From: Octopus bimaculoides
Lineage: Eukaryota
Assembly: GCF_001194135.2 (NCBI RefSeq)
Contig: NC_069003.1
Location: forward strand, 27,886,991-27,937,881
Direction of reading: 5' to 3'
DNA length: 50,891 nucleotides
Shown here in pieces: positions 23,932-36,036 of this stretch (the first letter of the stretch is position 1; the number at the start of each line of letters is the position of its first letter). The notes below the pieces were generated by a model that saw only the letters and a program-made list of their open reading frames with translations, did not search any database and was not told the DNA's origin. Position numbers and translations under genes: made by a program.

Positions 23932-23994
23932 ATATATATATATAAGTCTTGTAGCCATTTTTGGCTACAAGAGTTTTTTTTTTCTGCAGAGCGA

Positions 23995-24375
23995 AATGAA
24001 CAGATTGTACAATGCTTGTCTTTGAACTTCAATGCTGCATGGTAGTGAGACATGGGCCTTGAATGCATAGGTCTTGAGAAGACTGGAAGCAAATGAAGCT
24101 GGCATGCTCTGCTTAGGTGTGCAATGTAAGTGTGCATGACTGATAAGCTATAAAGTACAAGAAGAGTCAGGTGTAGTGTGCATGAAAGAAGACTGTGCTG
24201 GCATGGACATATGATGTATATGGATGAGGACAGGTGTGTAAAGAAGTTCTGTTTACTTAATGAAGATGGAGGTTGCAAAAGAGAGAAACTTAGGATGACA
24301 AGAAGTGAAATGGTAAAGATTGATCTCAGAGCCTTGAACTTCATGGTGAATAAAGGACATGCTCATCAGAGAAAT
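23995..24375 (+). mobile_element. Degenerate RTE LINE ORF2 C-terminal fragment
   Basis: Frames give LYNACL*TSMLHGSETWAL...RRLEANEAGML and ERRLCWHGHMMYMDEDRCVKK, homologous to the younger copy at 31114-31389. Confidence 0.85.
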
Positions 24376-24619
24376 TGAGATTCCGGAAACAGTGTGTGTT
24401 TGTGTATATATAGAACAATGAGAATCAGTGTTCAACGCTGCATTGGTGGATAGAATTTCTTTATTTGTGTATTAAGGCTACCATTGGTTTCATATTAAGA
24501 AAAATGCCTTAATACTTTAACAATTTTCTGAGCCAATAACTGGAGGAATGGTGTTCATCTCCATTTTGAAGATGATTTTATATATATATATATATATATA
24601 TACATATATATGCACAGCT

Positions 24620-24830
24620 GTCCCCTCACATTCCAGATTTCATCCTCAAGATATTCTCATCAACCATCATCTCTGTAACTGACTATTCTTTTGTAGTAAT
24701 TGAATGTGAACAGAAGTGCATATTTCAGTTGTCCTCTCTACTCACAATTTGCATTGATCAATTTCCTCTCCTATCTGTGTATCTCCCATTTCCTATTTAC
24801 TATGTCTCTCCCATGGTCTTACAACCTGCC
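24620..24830 (-). mobile_element. Possible old RTE ORF2 remnant (endonuclease-RT linker)
   Basis: The minus frame reads ...SVTEMMVDENILRMKSG, resembling the RTE ITxEMVxKAIxKMKSGKA motif. Otherwise heavily decayed. Confidence 0.35.
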
Positions 24831-25147
24831 CAACCATGTCTCTTCCTTCTTTCTTTCACCCATCCTCTCTCTTTTCTTCTCTTGCCTATTCTATCATCAT
24901 CATCATGAGCTAGCAGAGTCTTTAGTTGAACTGTGCTCCTTCTGGCTCTTTACATTCTTAGCTGAATTTTTGCTGAGGTCAATTTTGTCTTTTATCTTTC
25001 CAAGATGGTCTATTCCAATCCCTTCCTTCTCACTTTAATCTGTCACCAATTGGCATAAAGCCACCTCATTGCCTATTGTAGCCCCACTTACTCAAATTTG
25101 ATCTTGTGCTTGTGCAACATAAAAAAATAAAGAACACTGTATACTCT

Positions 25148-25454
25148 ACATTATTTACATTTGACGGATATTCGTCCTCATCTTGTTTGTTGTTAACACG
25201 TTTCGGCTGATATACCCTCCAGCCTTTGTCAGGTGTCTTGGGGAAATTTCGAACCTCAGTTCTCATTCCTATCGGACATATGGCGTAGTGGTTAAGAGCG
25301 CGGGCTACTAACCCCAAGGTTCCGAGTTCGATTCACTGCAGCGACCTGATTAATAATAGTAATAATAATACTAATAATAATATAATAATAATAATAATAA
25401 TAGTAACATCGATTGGAATGAGAACCCAGGTTCGAAATTTCGCCAAGACACCTG
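25148..25454. mobile_element. tRNA-headed SINE with (AAT)n linker, flanked by inverted arms carrying a hammerhead-like motif (Penelope-associated)
   Basis: The + strand has an A-box TGGCGTAGTGG (25281-25291), a B-box GAGTTCGATTC (25324-25334) and (AAT)n at about 25350-25405. Sequence 25415-25454 is a 37/40 reverse complement of 25230-25269 and runs into the N gap at 25455. Confidence 0.75.
25195..25237 (-). ncRNA. Degenerate minimal type I hammerhead ribozyme motif
   Basis: Minus strand: gacac-CUGACAA-a-GGCUG(gagggu-auau)CAGCC-GAAAC-gugu. It has a CUGANGA-like core (G8 replaced by A), a perfect 5-bp stem II, GAAAC, and acac/gugu as a potential stem I. Confidence 0.6.
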
Positions 25455-27116
25455 NNNNNNNNNNNNNNNNNNNNNNNNNNNNNNNNNNNNNNNNNNNNNN
25501 NNNNNNNNNNNNNNNNNNNNNNNNNNNNNNNNNNNNNNNNNNNNNNNNNNNNNNNNNNNNNNNNNNNNNNNNNNNNNNNNNNNNNNNNNNNNNNNNNNNN
25601 NNNNNNNNNNNNNNNNNNNNNNNNNNNNNNNNNNNNNNNNNNNNNNNNNNNNNNNNNNNNNNNNNNNNNNNNNNNNNNNNNNNNNNNNNNNNNNNNNNNN
25701 NNNNNNNNNNNNNNNNNNNNNNNNNNNNNNNNNNNNNNNNNNNNNNNNNNNNNNNNNNNNNNNNNNNNNNNNNNNNNNNNNNNNNNNNNNNNNNNNNNNN
25801 NNNNNNNNNNNNNNNNNNNNNNNNNNNNNNNNNNNNNNNNNNNNNNNNNNNNNNNNNNNNNNNNNNNNNNNNNNNNNNNNNNNNNNNNNNNNNNNNNNNN
25901 NNNNNNNNNNNNNNNNNNNNNNNNNNNNNNNNNNNNNNNNNNNNNNNNNNNNNNNNNNNNNNNNNNNNNNNNNNNNNNNNNNNNNNNNNNNNNNNNNNNN
26001 NNNNNNNNNNNNNNNNNNNNNNNNNNNNNNNNNNNNNNNNNNNNNNNNNNNNNNNNNNNNNNNNNNNNNNNNNNNNNNNNNNNNNNNNNNNNNNNNNNNN
26101 NNNNNNNNNNNNNNNNNNNNNNNNNNNNNNNNNNNNNNNNNNTTCCAAAGAGAATGGAAACAAAAATTATAGAAATATGTTGTCTATTGACTTTTATTAT
26201 GCATGCTAACCACCGGTATGAAAATATTTTCTAAATTTTCTACCCTTATAATTTTCACATTATATATATATATATATATATATATGGACATGTGTGTATG
26301 TATAAATGTGAATGTGTGTGTGTGTGTGTGTGTATACATTCATATGTGTAAGTATATGATAAGTCTGTAGTGTAAGTCTCACAACTATGAGTAAATAAAT
26401 TACTGCCAGATTTTGTTTCTGGTCAGCACATTTGTTTTGAAATTACGTTTTGGTTGGTGATTGCTTTCCTGTAAATAACTGTTTGTTGGCTATGAAAATA
26501 TCTCAACTCTACTTTGATCTTATATATTCCATCTTGTACTTTGAGAGTACACTTTGACGCTACTTTTGTATCCTTTCTCCCATTCCTGCTGGAATAGCTA
26601 TGTATCTCCTCTACAGCAAGACACCTATTCCTGTCCTTCGGTTGTACTTTAAACCTCTCAACACCTGGCACATAGCCACATTCCTTTGTACTGCATCTCC
26701 ACTCTGTCAAGCAGTTTTTTCTTGTAAGTTACTTGATGAATTCATTAGAGCTGGTGCCACGAAAAATGCACCTGGTACTCTTTGTAAAGTGGTGGGCATT
26801 AGAGAGGGCATCCAGTCATACAAACTTTGCCAAAGCAGATATTGGAGTCTAACATAGCCCTTTGAGTTGTTGAATATAGATGTTAAATGAGGATGATAGG
26901 ATATCATTATCATCAGTTTATTGTTTACTTTTCCAAGTTTTCAGGAGTCAGACAGAATTTGTTGAAGCAGATTTTCTATGGTCAGATGCCCTTCTTCTTG
27001 CCAAATCTCACTTGTTTACTAGCAAGGTAATTTCATGCTAGACCTGAAATGAATGCTGGTATGGCAGTATTGCTTGCTTTTGTTGCTCATGCAATGTCAA
27101 GAAATTGGTGTCTCTA

Positions 27117-27177
<61 letters not shown>

Positions 27178-27184
27178 CTATCTC

Positions 27185-27345
27185 ACTCACATGATAGGCT
27201 TCTTTCAGTTTCTTTCTACAAATCCATTTGCGAAGCTTTTGTCTGCCCAGAGCAATATATTAGAAGACACTTGCCCAAGGTGCTATACCATAAGATTAAA
27301 CTTAAAGTCACATGTTAAGGAAGCAAACTTCTTAATCTCACAGCA
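27185..27345 (-). mobile_element. SINE family 1, partial
   Basis: gataggcttctttcagtttc...agaagacacttgcccaaggtgc...aagcaaacttctt. Confidence 0.8.
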
Positions 27346-27894
27346 CAGCCATATAAATTATCAACCACACATGCTCAATGTATGTGCTTTTGTTTTGTTT
27401 TTTTGTTTGCAAGACTTTCAGGTGTTTTAACACCCAGCATTATGAGCAAGTCATCCTCAAAGCACTAAACCACAACAAACTGGCAAACATGCAAAACATA
27501 CATTCACCATGTGCAATTGAATACGTTTACAACACTAGTGCTGCTTTCAATTCATAATTGAATATATATATATTATTGTGTATATAATACAATCTGTGTA
27601 TATATAATATATCATTTACCAATTCTTACTTAGCATTAAGATTTTCTCTTACACATGTAATCACCTTTGGCTTATATACTCATAACTATGCAATACTAGC
27701 TCCTATTCTCTCTTGTCGTTAGTTTCCAATTGTTTACCTGCAACATTTTCCACCTTCTCTGCAATAAAAAAGAAAATGTTGGCATGTGCTTTTCATCTCT
27801 GTTTTAAACTATAACTTTCCTACAAATAGAAAACATTCTGTTTTTCCTTGTATATTATTTCTAAATTATTTAATGATAATAATAATAATAATCC

Positions 27895-28605
27895 TTTCTG
27901 CTAAAGGCACAAGGCCTGGATTTTATTTTGGCCTGGTTCTTATTTTCATCAACTCCAGCAGTATTTGAACACAGAATGTAGATAAATGAAATGTCGCTAA
28001 GTATCTTGTCAGGAGTGCTGATGATTCTGCCCGCCCACCATATCATCATTAATTAACGTCTGTTGTCCATGCTAGCATGGGTTGGACAGTTTGACTGGGC
28101 TGCCACGTTGTAAAGCTGTACCAGGCTCCTGTCTGATTTGGCATGGTTTTCTATGGCTGGTTGCCCTTCCTAATGCCAACCATTCTGAGAGTGTAATGGG
28201 TGCTTTTATGTGCCATTTGTGTGACACCAGTATCTGCCATGACTGTGATTTTGTTCAGCTTGATGGGTCTTCTTCTCAAGCACAACATAATGCCAAAGGT
28301 CTTGGTCATTAGCTCCATGAGGCCCAACACTCAAAAGGAATTCAGCCACTTTGCCTCCATGCCCCCCCCCCCTAATAATGATAATGATAATAATATTCCT
28401 TTTGACCATAAGCACAAAGCCTGAAATTTGGAGGCAGAGATAGTCAATTACATCAACCCCACAACACAACTGGTACTTATTTTATCAACCTCAAAAGGAT
28501 GAAAAGTAAAGTCAACCTCAGTGGAATTTGACCTCAGAACATAAAGACAGACGAAATATTACTAAGTATTTTGCCTAACGTGCTAATGATTCTGCCAGCT
28601 TGTTG
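27895..28605 (-). mobile_element. Cluster: SINE family 2 fragments (about 27895-28035 and 28396-28605) around an RTE 3' fragment (about 28040-28345)
   Basis: Reverse complements of the family 2 SINE, and of the RTE 3' UTR plus ORF2 end (gggtcttcttctcaagc...aaaggtcttggtcatt...gaggcccaac). Confidence 0.8.
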
Positions 28606-29059
28606 GAATAATGATGTTGATAATGAAAGATGGCTTTCATATTGGATATATTGAGATTTTTCTCTTCTATACCTGTTGTAGCATTGTGGTTGTGAAATCT
28701 TTCAAAATCTAAATTAACAAATCACTTATCTTGAAATAGTTATCTTAAATATCATTCGACGTTAATGTTATTGCCTAAGTTTCTTCATCCTTATGAGAAA
28801 GTTGATTTAAAACCCATTCAATGAAAATCAAAGAAAATATTACAGCTTTCAATAAAATATCAAGAATATTTTTTTTAATGGAGTGATAGTTTTACAGAGA
28901 ACTATTGGATATGTTTAAAGCCATTCTTTATACACTCAGAAAAGCACTTTATTATTTCTTGAGATTAAGTTTGTATTTTCATTCAACCAGAAATTATCGG
29001 AACATATTAAATGTTATGCTTCAGTGAAGTTTACGTCAAGTCTTTGTTTTTTTGATCAG

Positions 29060-29098
29060 AGGAAAATTTCTATTCTAAATCTAATAAAATCCAAGAAA
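29060..29098 (+). CDS. Candidate 39-nt exon (possibly extending from the acceptor at 28991)
   Basis: Acceptor tctttgtttttttgatcag and donor AAA|gtaagc. Two frames are open. The upstream acceptor at 28991 gives an open 108-nt phase-0 exon. Confidence 0.25.
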
Positions 29099-30445
29099 GT
29101 AAGCCATCATGTTTTCTTTATGAACTAAATGAATAAAAACAACAGCTTTCTGCCAACAGAATATATCATCTCTTCACTATTTTTTGTTTCCTCTGTGTCA
29201 AACGAAAATTTGGATTGATGGAAGCCTGCATAAATTTACTCACTTTCTTTTAGACATTTCTGTATGCATTTTGATATGATTAATAGTTCAGATGACAAAA
29301 AAATATATATATATATATATATATATATAACAGTTGTGAAATTAACGAATTTTATTGCATAAAGATATAACTGGACTGTTTCTATTAATAAATTGCAGTG
29401 GTTTGCATGTTCCCAGCTTCATTCTTGTATATCATGTTTACCTCATGTTTCCCCCATGTGATTACCTCATGTTTCACCCATTTCTCTGCTTCTCATCTTA
29501 GAGTGTAGGTAAATACTCTGGATTGCTTTTGGTCTTGCTATCAGTTGAAAAATGTTGTTCGTTATTGTTTTGGTAATTGAATTGTCTTAGTACAATATTG
29601 CTATTTGATATTAATATGCTTTGTGGTTCCATTTCTGTCAGTTAATAAAGTTGCTATATAATTCTGACTCTTTCTTTTTAGATTAGAAAATAATATATAT
29701 TGTACGCAGTTTACATTTTTGCTGAAACTAATTATAAAAATTTATCCTGCAAAATGATAATGATATTCAGTATTTCTTTTCATATTCATCATTTCTGATA
29801 TCTAATTAAATTAATTGACCTAATTATCTATTTTTCTGTCATTAATTGGTAGACATTATACAATGACTTAAGACTTGAGTGTTTCTTGCATTGGCACTCA
29901 TTAATCCTAAACCTAAGTATTCATTATTATTTACTGCTGTATAGTTTTTATCTTCAACGTTGAAACATATATGAATGGTATTTTATGAATATTTGACTCA
30001 GTTGTATCATCTTCTAGTATATTTCTTTAAGTATATTGCCATTTACTGGTTTCAACTTTGCTGATTACATTGTCATTTTTTTTCTTTTTTTTTTTTTNNN
30101 NNNNNNNTTTTTTTTTTTTTTTTTTTTTAGACATAATAAATGTGTCTTGTGCTTGATTTCAGCTGAATATCTTATATTCTGAAATATTTTTCCCTTGCAT
30201 GCGGAAAATGATACTGGCAATACTAGAATGAAACAAAGCCATTCTCAACTTGTATTTTCAATAATATTGAACTGGAATATAATCTGCAGCAGTAGTAATA
30301 TAACATATCTGATGATAATATTCACTTTGCAGGAAGGCACCACCAACCACCACCATCACCACTAGTATTTAATTTGATTTTCTTTTTCCTTTATTTGGGG
30401 GATATATTTCTATAAATAAAATAAACACAACAGTATCATACTTAC

Positions 30446-30453
30446 CTTCTGAG
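30446..30453 (-). other. Candidate 8-nt microexon CTCAGAAG
   Basis: tttttgctatgtattggcacttttacag|CTCAGAAG|gtaagtat: a strong acceptor and a consensus donor 8 nt apart in unique sequence. Confidence 0.35.
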
Positions 30454-30676
30454 CTGTAAAAGTGCCAATACATAGCAAAAATTGTAAATATTCTTCACAA
30501 ACTGTTTGGGATTATTTTATCTCTCTATCTATAAAGTTATGGGGCTTGAATCTATTTACATTGATTGTACAGAAAGCCAGACAAAGTTGATCATAACCTT
30601 TTGTCTCATGGGGTTATAGATGTCATATTTATAAATAATAAGGAAAATACTGAGTAATTAAGCTGCAATTAAGACT

Positions 30677-31389
30677 CATCATCATCATCATCATCATCGT
30701 TTAACGTCCGCTTTCCATGCTAGCATGGGTTGGACGATTTGACTGAGGACTGGTGAAACCGGATGGCAACACCAGGCTCCAGTCTGATTTGGCAGAGTTT
30801 CTACAGCTGGATGCCCTTCCTAACGCCAACCACTCAGAGAGTGTAGTGGGTGCTTTTACGTGTCACCCGCACNNNNNNNNNNNNNNNNNNNNNNNNNNNN
30901 NNNNNNNNNNNNNNNNNNNNNNNNNNNNNNNNNNNNNNNNNNNNNNNNNNNNNNNNNNNNNNNNNNNNNNNNNNNNNNNNNNNNNNNNNNNNNNNNNNNN
31001 NNNNNNNNNNNNNNNNNNNNNNNNNNNNNNNNNNNNNNNNNNNNNNNNNNNNNNNNNNNNNNNNNNNNNNNNNNNNNCCCGCACAAGCCAGTCCAGGGGC
31101 ACTGGCAACGATCTTACTTGGCTTGCCGGGTCTTCTCACGCACAGCCCATTTCCAAAGGTCTCGGTCCGTAGTCATCGCCTCGGTGAGGCCCAATGTACG
31201 AAGGTCTTGCCTCACCACCTCAGCCCAGGTCTTCCTGGGCCTACCTCTTCCACGGGTTCCCTCAACTGTTAGGGTGTGGCACTTTTTCACGCAGCTATCC
31301 TCCTCCATTCTCACCACATGTCCATACCAGCGCAATCGTCTCTCTTGCACGCCACAACTGATGCTTCTAATGTTCAGCTTTTCTCTCAT
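30677..31389 (-). mobile_element. Relatively young 5'-truncated RTE-clade LINE (ORF2 C-terminus, 3' UTR, (TGA)n tail)
   Basis: ORF 31114-31389 is uninterrupted: REKLNIRSISCGVQERRLRWYGHVVRMEEDSCVKKCHTLTVEGTRGRGRPRKTW... (RTE RLRWYGHV and RGRPRKTW motifs). The (ATC)n tail lies at about 30677-30698. Confidence 0.92.
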
Positions 31390-31990
31390 AGAAATATATT
31401 AGTATTTTTGATTACCATCTTTAGAATATTAGTATTACATTTTGACTATGATCTATGAACTGTTGCTTTCCTATGTTCTTTACATCAACCGTCACTATTC
31501 TGATCACATCTCATTACATTTTCAAATTTCTTAATTCAATATTTTAGAAATACTAGAAATCCGTTTCTAACATCTACTATTTCACCTAAATAAGAAACTT
31601 TATTCATGTAAACTATCATTGTTTTAGCTTCTGGCATTGATAAGTTAATAGCTTGCCTAACAAACATTTAGCTATAGATATCAGGTTATCGTGTGGCAGA
31701 GTATAATGCATAAATTGAACAGAAATTCTGTTTATGTATGTCAAATAAAAATTGAAGATCAAAATATGCAATATAAATTATAATAATTTTGAAATAATAA
31801 ACCAACTTTCAGATTCTATACATTTAAGTGCTATTACAGAAAAAAAAAAAAAACCTCCCTTCAAACTACATAACTCTGTTAGAACTAAATCGATTCCATT
31901 AGCATTTCATTTAATGGACTNNNNNNNNNNTAGCATTTCATTTAATGGACTGGAATTTGTCTATTCCCAAACATTTTGAGCTGTTTTTCA

Positions 31991-32038
<48 letters not shown>

Positions 32039-32994
32039 CAAATTAAAACCTATACTATACTATACTGTTAAGGCTTCTGTTGATGATACTATCCATACAG
32101 ATGTATATTTTTTTCTGTTATATTTTTGTTACTTCGTGATAGAGGGTGTCATAAACTAACACCATAACCATGAACAAATCTTTTTTTGCTACTTAGAATT
32201 TTATCTTTGAACATAGCATACATGCACACACATACACACACACTTTCACTATATAGAATACAAATCAGTTTCAATTATTAACATTTGGAACTTAGCAAGG
32301 TTATAACCAAATTTTGATATTAAGATTTTGAGAATTAAGATGAAAGTTGTAAAATATTAAACAATTATCTGAAATGAGTGTTTCTTTGAAGAGTGGTTTA
32401 ATCCTGGCTTTCTTCACTCACATAAATGTAGAGTATTTTATTGAACTATTTATAACTTAGTTCTTTAGCAGAATCACATCAAAGACATATTTTAGCTTTG
32501 CAGTTGATTCATATAATATCCAAGTATATTTCAAAATATTTTTCCTACCAGCATTTCACTGTATATTTTTGATCATATGCCATGATACAAACAACAAATG
32601 CACCTTGTTGTTATAGTGTGTACATGTATGTATGAACTCCCATACAATGGTTAATATAAGATGAAAGATCTTAGATAAAAGCCAAATGTTCATGTTTTAT
32701 TACTACTGCACAAATTCATTTTAATATGTTGGTTTATTGATTAAGCAGACCTATAATGAAAGGCATTGTTGCCATCACCATCCTGTCTTGTTGTTTAGAG
32801 GTACTATAGTGTTTAATGAGTCCTTCCTTTTGTAAGACATTAGAGTGTCATTCAAGAGAGATTCTGTTTCACTTTCTAGCACTTTAAGTGACCCAATAGA
32901 AGCTACTTTGTTAGCACAATATTATATAGCATGCTAATAAGAATGTATAATTACTATAAAGTGAGATATTGAAATAAATAAAGTGGCATTTGTA

Positions 32995-33260
32995 TAACTA
33001 AAGGTATGACTGTGTGATAAGAAATTTGCTTCCCAACCACATAGGTAAGGGTTCACTCCCCTGCATGGCACCTTTCACAAGTGTATTCTACCATAGCCTC
33101 AGGCAGACCAAAGCTCTGTGAGTGGATTTGGTTGACAGAAGGGAACTGAAGCTTATCGTGTGTGTATGTGTGTGTATTTGTGTGTAGTAAGGCGCTACAG
33201 GTATGGTTGTGAGATAAGAAGCTTGCATCCCATCCACATAGTTCTGGGTTTCATATTGAC
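32995..33260 (+). mobile_element. SINE family 1 fragments
   Basis: Head gactgtgtgataagaaatttgcttcccaaccac..., with a second head at about 33195. Confidence 0.8.
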
Positions 33261-33269
33261 ATAAGGGCA

Positions 33270-33724
33270 CCAGTTTCATCACCAGTGACAATGCAGTAAA
33301 AAAGCGCTGTTTATGGCCATGTGTTGATCAATGTTGAGCAAGTAAACTGGTGGCGATTGTGGAGCATTGATTTTTGTTGTTTTCGCTCAAAGTGTGTGGC
33401 ACCCAAGTGCCAAGTTTGTAAACCTTGCCCATTGAGTAAAGGTGGTTCATCACAGTTTTTTTTTTTATCACAATCCATCTGCTACACTAATTCTCTGGTC
33501 GTTTGATGTGGATTTTCGTGAAGAAGTTGATTCAATTGCTCTTCATCGAACTCAATTGGTCAACCAGTGTGTGATCCATCCTACAGCAGGCAGTACTTTG
33601 AGACATTGCTCCTTCTCCATACACAGCACAAATCTCATGAGCAGCTTCAGCGGCCTTAACACCATGTTTAAATGCAAAAAGCAAATGGTGTTGAAAATGC
33701 TGTTTTGTCTACTTGACATTCCAT
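33270..33724 (-). mobile_element. Mariner (Mos1-like) transposase N-terminal remnant
   Basis: With frameshifts it reads MECQVDK...FAFKHGVKAAEAAHEICAVYGEGAMSQSTA...FDEEQLNQLLHENPHQTTREL...LGTWVPHTLSENNKNQ...IVTGDE. This covers the HTH, the WVPHxL motif and the first catalytic Asp. Confidence 0.9.
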
Positions 33725-34831
33725 TTTAATGATCTGAAAATACACAAAAATCAATAAAATTAAAAAATCAAAACATCATCTTATAGAGCAAAAAATTCTC
33801 TTTTAAATAACAAAACATTTTATCAGTGTATTTTATTTCTGTATGCATTTTTAAGTTTGAAAAAAAAAAAAAAGCTCATGAATTATTCCTCAACCTAATA
33901 CTTCTACAATATACAAAATATTTTAACAACTTTTAAATACAATTCCTAATAATATTTAATTATAAAGGATATAATAGGATTTTTTAAACATGGAGTGGTT
34001 ATGAGAGTTCACTCAAGTGAAATAGGAATCACAGGGATCTAGAGGCAAAAAATGGTTGAGAACCACTATGTTAAAGCATAACTTTAGTTCTTAAATTGAC
34101 TAAAGTTGCCAAGTGTTTGATATCCTGTTCTAATTTACTGTGATTTTCAGTAAAATACACATAAAGTGTGTTAAAGTGAAATAGATTAGAAAAAAATTGT
34201 TTGTTTTTATTAGTGACTGAAGGTGCAGTTATCTTCAGGAGACATAATTTGAATACTTTTGATAGAGGATCCTGCTAAAGGTATCTAAGGGCCAAGTAGT
34301 GATGTCAAACCTGGCAATGGATTAAGTCCAAGAAAAAAATTAACTTTCTCAACAGATTTCAACAACTTCTATCAACCAAATTTCACTCACAAGGTTTTGG
34401 TAAACTTGAGGCTGTGTGTGAAGACAAATGCCCAAGTCACATGGTAGAACTGAACTTGAAACCATGTAGTTGAAAAGTTAACTTCTTATCGACACAGCCT
34501 TACTTACTTTCACCCAATATACACATACATACATACATACAGTGTGCTCCTATAACATACAAGACAAATGTCACATATTCTTTACTATATATACAACATA
34601 CACTTACTATTCATTCTACAGTACAACCCCATATATATATATATATATTGAAGATCTGAAAATTTTTATTAATCACAACACATGGTGTATGTATGTGTGT
34701 GAGCGTGTGTCTGTGTATATATATATATATATATATATTTCAAGGGTTGAATTGAAAAATTTGATGTAAACATAATGGAGAATTTCACAAAAACAAATGA
34801 AAACGTGTATATATACATATCTGTGTATGTA

Positions 34832-34918
<87 letters not shown>

Positions 34919-35961
34919 ACATTGTATAACAATTGACAATATGTCAGAAAATCTACATGTAATTTATGAGCAATTTTTTTTGTCTTCCAATAAAATTCCA
35001 AGGAATTAAAACTTAGTTAAAGGCTGTCTGTGTTGATGTTATGTATTAATAGTTACAATCTATTACAACTTGAACAATTTTTAGTTTCCTTTAGGCTGAG
35101 CTTTATTAAAATTCTTTTTTATATAAATAAACTTTCCTTTGTCTGTCAAAACAATAATTGACTCGTCTGAATATATCAACATGTCTTATGAATAGGGTTT
35201 ATTGATTCAGAAAATAGCCATAGTCGGACACTAAATCTGATTGACTCATGTCTGAATACCGCTATTCTTTCTCTATTTAAATTAAAAACATCACAAAGTT
35301 TTTCACAGCATTAATGTTTTCTCAGTGGAATATTATTAAAATATTTATTCATAGGTTTTCTTCCTTCGTAAAATTAGTTACAATCTGTACACAATGCAAT
35401 AGATCTTCAACAATTGAATATAGCCAGATTAATAATGTTTTTCTTGCTCTGTGAAAATGTTCTAGTTTGCAGCTGGACATTTTCATTTGTTGGTCTAAAG
35501 TATATAAGTGGATTTATGAACTGCAACAGAATTGCTATTATATAGAATTTCTTACAAATTAACAACTAGTATTTTAACAAAATCCATATTAAATACCTCT
35601 TTCGAAGTAACAATTTGAAATTGAAACAGGGTACACTGACTGGCAAATTGCAGACTTCTGTATATTGCTTGTCAGGCAGGTGACCATGATAGTAATTACA
35701 TTTTAGGCTCATAAGGCCTTTTAGCAGCTTAAGAATGAGGATTGAATTTATTAAATTTTTTTTTTTTTATTTAACAACTCATCAAACTTAATCTTTTGTC
35801 CCAAACTGCTAACACATATATTCACACTCATTTCATATTAATAATCAACAAAAGTTACAGAGTGACTCAAAGGTTGTGAGTTTCATCCATTGGTACTTAC
35901 TAATAAAGGAATGTCTATATGCTCATGTTTTAGTTCTAGTTTCCCTGTATACATCACCATA

Positions 35962-36036
<75 letters not shown>

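Noticed and set aside
25274-25346. Functional tRNA gene
   Set aside because: The A and B boxes are present, but the acceptor, anticodon and T stems pair poorly, and it is fused to an (AAT)n/repeat tail. It is a SINE head, not a tRNA.
26423-26857. Overlapping 95-aa (-) and 85-aa (+) ORFs
   Set aside because: No recognisable motif, non-ATG or weak starts, and they abut RTE 3' fragments. I cannot support them as genes.
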